A DNA stretch of 64,000 nucleotides from Candidatus Latescibacterota bacterium (lineage in GTDB: Bacteria > Latescibacterota > UBA2968 > GCA-2709665): assembly GCA_965248435.1 (NCBI GenBank), contig OZ252100.1, forward strand, positions 928,001 to 992,000. The letters run 5' to 3'. The position numbers and the translations under genes were made by a program. Shown here in pieces: positions 60,011 through 64,000 of the stretch; the first letter of the stretch is position 1; every line of letters starts with the position of its first letter. The notes under the pieces are model-generated. The model was not told the DNA's origin. It searched no databases and was given only the letters and a program-made list of their open reading frames with translations.

Positions 60011-60097
60011 GGCTAACGTTCCTGGCGCCCACGAACCTACCGAGCAGGATTCGGCAGAAGGCGCGAATGCACCGAGCCGCGAACGGGCGTGTTAGCA
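60011..60097 (-). repeat. attC-like site
   Basis: GGCTAAC...GTTAGCA. Confidence 0.82.
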
Positions 60098-60122
60098 GAA
60101 GTGGACCCGGTTTACCTCTGAT

Positions 60123-60617
60123 TTAAGGGAAGTCCAGGTGCGCTCGGATTCGGGATGTCATATCGCGAAGCTCCTCCATCGTCAGGACCTTCGGTTTCAC
60201 TTTCTCGAATTTCAGATTTTCCGCCCGAGCGATCTGAGGAGGAAACTTTCCAATCGGATTATCTGTTTTCCATTGCGGCACGAGATGTAAATGATAGTGC
60301 GGCACTTCCTGGTAGCTGGCGATGCCATTGTTCTGGTAAACCAGCAAACCCTCGGCGTCGACGGCCATGGAGATGGCTCTGCCGATGCGCTGGCTAACAC
60401 CTGCTATCTCAACAAGCTCAGCCTCAGTGAGGTCGAACACTGTGGGCGCATGTCTCCTTGGAATAATGACGCACTGTCCATCCAGGAATTGGCGGCCATT
60501 TACTCGGGCCAAGATAGTGTCAGTTTCGTAGACGAAGTCCTGAGCCTGCCCGTTGCGGACTGCATCACAGAAGAAGCACGGATCCTGGATGGGCAGGTCG
60601 AAACCTTCGAAGGTCAT
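60123..60617 (-). CDS. HIT family protein
   Basis: CFFC, HYHLHLVP. Confidence 0.88.
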   Translation of the reverse strand: MTFEGFDLPIQDPCFFCDAVRNGQAQDFVYETDTILARVNGRQFLDGQCVIIPRRHAPTVFDLTEAELVEIAGVSQRIGRAISMAVDAEGLLVYQNNGIASYQEVPHYHLHLVPQWKTDNPIGKFPPQIARAENLKFEKVKPKVLTMEELRDMTSRIRAHLDFP

Positions 60618-60633
60618 GATTCAATTCCATTTC

Positions 60634-60701
60634 TGCTAACGTTCTCGGCACCCACGAACCTGCCGAGCGGGTTGGGCGAAGTGGCGAATGCCGTGTTGTG
60701 C
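60634..60701 (-). repeat. attC-like site
   Basis: TGCTAACgttctcggcacccacg...GTTGTGC. Confidence 0.8.
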
Positions 60702-60733
60702 GCTGTGCCTGCCGGGGTGGAATCGGGGATGAT

Positions 60734-61621
60734 CTACTCCCCTGAGTCAACCTTATCGAGGTCAGGTAAAAGATTTACAACTTCCTTTATGAAGTGCGCG
60801 TGAATTACCACTGCCAAACCAAGCGGGTACTTCTGCTCCAGTTTGGAAAATGGGCCCCTAGCTCCGTATGTCAGGGACTTCTCCTGAGTAACCATGCCAA
60901 TTACATATTGTTGAGCTTCGGTTGCTTTAATGGTATCTCTCATAGCACGACCAATTTCATAGAGATATACGGGACCACCACTGTTGCCCTGAAACACTTC
61001 AAAGTCAAACAAGAACGTCTTGACGCTGTCAGCAGGTACCAGTGGATATGAGGCGATTTTCCCACTACGAAGAATAGGGAAGCCAGCCGCGCTCGCTTCT
61101 GCTCCAAATGGATATCCTAGACAAAACAGCTCATCACCAGGATGAATGTCAAGATGCACCAAGTCCCTATTGTTGGCTAAACGGTTTGTAGTAAGGAGCG
61201 GCACCTCAGTTTCAGGGGGAAGTATCAAATACATCGCGGCAATATCAATTTCGGGATCAGGATGCTGAGTCCAAAGAGGCTTCCCATCTTTCCGAATTGT
61301 GAGGAGAATTACTTTTCTTGAGAATGAATTAGGGCCGTGCTTCTCTCTCACATGAAGATTGGCGGTGTTCTCTGAAATGCCTTGCATGACATGCGCAGCA
61401 GTAATCAAGACATAATAGGCGGTTCCGGGAAATCTGTTGCTTGGACGACCCAGTACAAAGGCAGTGCCAACGGAGTTTCCTCCCTCTATCTTGAAAGTGG
61501 ACTCCATCATCACTGTATTGAAATCCAAAGAATAGCACACGGACCCCATGCCAAAAATCAAGACTGCCAAAAAACTCAAACCTAACGTCAAGCGATCGCG
61601 TCTTTGGTCAGAACAAAACAC
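60734..61621 (-). CDS. secreted trypsin-like serine protease
   Basis: TAAHV, DIA, GNSGGP; N-terminal hydrophobic segment. Confidence 0.88.
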   Translation of the reverse strand: MFCSDQRRDRLTLGLSFLAVLIFGMGSVCYSLDFNTVMMESTFKIEGGNSVGTAFVLGRPSNRFPGTAYYVLITAAHVMQGISENTANLHVREKHGPNSFSRKVILLTIRKDGKPLWTQHPDPEIDIAAMYLILPPETEVPLLTTNRLANNRDLVHLDIHPGDELFCLGYPFGAEASAAGFPILRSGKIASYPLVPADSVKTFLFDFEVFQGNSGGPVYLYEIGRAMRDTIKATEAQQYVIGMVTQEKSLTYGARGPFSKLEQKYPLGLAVVIHAHFIKEVVNLLPDLDKVDSGE

Positions 61622-61687
61622 TACAGAGCCTCAATATTGAGAGATCTCGTTCGAGTGGGGTTTCTTAGGGGCTCAGGCTGGCATGGC

Positions 61688-61750
61688 GCACAACGTTCTC
61701 GCGGGCTGCGAACCCCGAAGGGGTTGAGCGAAAGGCCGGATGGCCTGAGT
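61688..61750 (-). repeat. truncated attC-like site
   Basis: GCACAACgttctcgcgggctgcgaaccccgaaggggtt...ggcctgag. Confidence 0.7.
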
Positions 61751-61781
61751 CAATTCACCTCTATTTTGTTTTCGACGCCGT

Positions 61782-62270
61782 CTACTCCTCTCCAGTGAAA
61801 TACTCCACACCTTCGAGAGGCTGCCAGAATCTCCAGCCTTCGGGCATCGGTCCCCACAGCTTCTTTGAATCCGGCGCCAACTTGCCACTGTCGGGGTAGT
61901 AACAGGAATCCTGGGGTGGGTCGTTGGAAATCACCAGGTAAGCGAAGTCCGCATCGGAATCGTTGATGATCTGATGGGCGAGCCCCGGTCGGCAAAGGTA
62001 ACTGTCTCCCGCCTGGAAGTCGACGGTCTCCTCGTCCGTTCGCATGGTGGCCGTGCCGGACACGGCGTAGTACAATTCCCATAGAGACCCGTGCGTGTGG
62101 AAGGGGAAGTTTTTCTTCCCAGGTTTTAGAATCACGTGCTCGAGATCGAAGGGGCAGCCGGTATCTTCACAGCGGATGAGTTCGCGGTAAGTGATGCCGA
62201 AGCGACCCTTCGGGGATTCGAAGTCACCCGCCTCGATATCTGCGTGCCGTACTCTCATGTGTGCCTCCAT
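61782..62270 (-). CDS. cupin domain protein
   Basis: PFHTH...ELYY..SG, AHQI.N, YYPDS. Confidence 0.85.
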   Translation of the reverse strand: MEAHMRVRHADIEAGDFESPKGRFGITYRELIRCEDTGCPFDLEHVILKPGKKNFPFHTHGSLWELYYAVSGTATMRTDEETVDFQAGDSYLCRPGLAHQIINDSDADFAYLVISNDPPQDSCYYPDSGKLAPDSKKLWGPMPEGWRFWQPLEGVEYFTGEE

Positions 62271-62294
62271 AAAGGATATTACATAATCTATAAA

Positions 62295-63080
62295 TCATCC
62301 GCGCTTACGGCAGACCGAGATGATGCTTGGGCTATCAGCAGTCAGCGATTCCAGATTCCAATCGCCATACTGCCGTACGATGCTGAAGCCATTGTAGTAT
62401 AGCAGTGCTGCAAGCTCCTGCGGGAAGGTGTAGCGCAGCGCGATACGCGTGACCTTGGTGTGATCCTCCTCGCCCTCGTGCCAGCGTTTGAAGGTCGTCC
62501 AGTGGTGGATCTGAGCCATATGGTCATATACGTATGTTCTTGACACACGCACTTCGCGCCCGCTCGTATTGAAAGAAGAAGGCCAATCTTGCTCTTCCTC
62601 GTTCGTCTCAAAGGGCACAAACAGCCCTTCTGGGGTCTGGGAGATAGTGAAAAGTGGGTTGCGCGTTTCAAAGGCAAACAATCCTTCGTCGTGTAAATGT
62701 GCATGGACACGTTGCAGAAGCGCTTCTTGATCGGCGTTTGTTAGAAAAGCCTGGAAGGCGTTACCAGTCAAGAAGATGAGTCGAAATTGTTCGCCAAGAT
62801 CAAATGTGCGTGCGTCACCCACAATCCAGCGCATATGGAGGTCAGCAGATTTGCCACGTGCCTGCTCAATCATTCCAGGGACAATATCCAAGCCAGTTAC
62901 AGAAAAGCCCAAGCGGCCAATCGGGATGCTGACACGACCCGTACCACAGGCAATTTCGAATACCGAACCGCCAGTTTCTTGTGCCAGGGCAGCGTAGAAG
63001 GCAATGCCGGTATCGCTAGTATCCTCCATGTCATAGTTGGCTGGGTCGGAAAACTCCTCAAGATTGTCGTGATCAATCAA
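62295..63080 (-). CDS. class I SAM methyltransferase
   Basis: VFEIACGTGR. Confidence 0.88.
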   Translation of the reverse strand: MIDHDNLEEFSDPANYDMEDTSDTGIAFYAALAQETGGSVFEIACGTGRVSIPIGRLGFSVTGLDIVPGMIEQARGKSADLHMRWIVGDARTFDLGEQFRLIFLTGNAFQAFLTNADQEALLQRVHAHLHDEGLFAFETRNPLFTISQTPEGLFVPFETNEEEQDWPSSFNTSGREVRVSRTYVYDHMAQIHHWTTFKRWHEGEEDHTKVTRIALRYTFPQELAALLYYNGFSIVRQYGDWNLESLTADSPSIISVCRKRG

Positions 63081-63203
63081 TTCGCTAACTCCTAAATCTT
63101 TCAGGGGTAGAAAACCCTAGGTAGGCGCGCTCATTTCTCGGCCTGATCGACCGAAGGGAGGTATGGGTGGACCCGGGGACTGAGCGGGGTCGCGCCTTTG
63201 AAG

Positions 63204-64000
63204 TTATAGGCCGTGCCTGTGTAACGGAGTCCACAGCCCGTCATTCAAGAGTTGGCGCATGAAGTGTGGAACCCAACTCTGCACCTGGTTGATTGTCCAC
63301 GCGGCATAGGAATAATCCAAGACCTGACCACCATCTAGCTTCTCTTGAACCCTTCTGCATTGCTCTGTGAAGTGAAGTGCCTCCTGGAGCAGCTTTACGG
63401 GAGCAACTAGCTGGAGAAGGTCCCTTAGTTCCGGCAACGGTGCGTAAGCAATCCACTCTCCAAGATACGCGGCTCGGAGGATATCCTTCACTTCTGTATC
63501 CTTGGGGAAATCCTCATCAATGGAAAGGAAGGTCACCAAACCTGAAAATGGATGTGCAATGCAAGCCTCGGCCCAATCCGAAATCAGAACGCCGTCTGGT
63601 GTCATCCAGAAATTGTCACCATTCGCGTCGGAGTGCTCAAAGGTACAAGGCACCCCGTAAGCCTCTATCTTCCTGCATAGGGCCCACATGCGTGGTATCA
63701 ATCTTCGTAGGTTACTCAATTCGTTTTCATTAAGGGGAGTAGCATAGCTGCTCAACATGGTCGGCAATTGGTCAATCGCCCTCTCGAAATCCGGAACCAT
63801 CACCATTGGACTGCGGTCGTCGCATGCAGTGCAATCTGGGAGGAAGCTCACCATGCTCTGCTGCAACCGAGCATAATCTCTCAGAGCGTTCGCCCACGGA
63901 TCTATGTCAACAATAGAGTTTAGCTTTCTCCCTTCAATTTCTCGTATCAGTAACCAGTTTTCATCGTGGTTCACGGCGACCACCTCTGGAATCCGGCGAG
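63204..64000 (-). CDS. phosphotransferase (APH fold), 5' end beyond the window
   Basis: HSDANGDNF, ISDW. Confidence 0.7.
   Translation of the reverse strand, partial: RRIPEVVAVNHDENWLLIREIEGRKLNSIVDIDPWANALRDYARLQQSMVSFLPDCTACDDRSPMVMVPDFERAIDQLPTMLSSYATPLNENELSNLRRLIPRMWALCRKIEAYGVPCTFEHSDANGDNFWMTPDGVLISDWAEACIAHPFSGLVTFLSIDEDFPKDTEVKDILRAAYLGEWIAYAPLPELRDLLQLVAPVKLLQEALHFTEQCRRVQEKLDGGQVLDYSYAAWTINQVQSWVPHFMRQLLNDGLWTPLHRHGL

Larger units (their letters stand above)
18235..61750 (-). mobile_element. integron gene-cassette array; no integrase in the window
   Basis: ~30 related attC-like palindromes between small co-oriented genes; cassette ends are mutually complementary. Confidence 0.88.

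Noticed and set aside
18235-61750. CRISPR interpretation of the repeats
   Set aside because: Repeats are long, variable and separated by whole genes; no cas genes
1-64000. rRNA/tRNA genes and integron integrase
   Set aside because: None recognised in the window

Overview
Bacterial chromosomal window in two parts. (1) 1-9.3 kb: a partial FAD oxidoreductase, a DUF4258/DUF2283 toxin-antitoxin-like pair, a peptide-maturation/export-like operon (ABC exporter, redoxin, Yip1, S8 protease fused to a DUF1611/TIGR04066-like domain, acyl carrier protein) and radC. (2) ~9.8-64 kb: about 60 small, functionally unrelated genes, nearly all on the minus strand. From 18.2 kb onward they are separated by ~30 complete, truncated or chimeric attC-like palindromes (..TAAC...GTTA..). 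This is a large, eroding integron cassette array with no integrase in view; any integrase should lie beyond the right edge. Most striking: four ECF sigma factors, each fused to a domain resembling a flagellar basal-body protein (FlhA cytoplasmic, FliM middle x2, FliG C-terminal). Two of them are demonstrably whole cassettes, and all four have an SD+ATG at the sigma/extension junction. Also present: a probable selenoprotein missed by the ORF track, an IS30 with reconstructable target, three frameshifted genes, a duplicated GFA segment and a repeated ~150 bp insert in attC sites. All family calls are by-eye motif recognition; no database searches were run.
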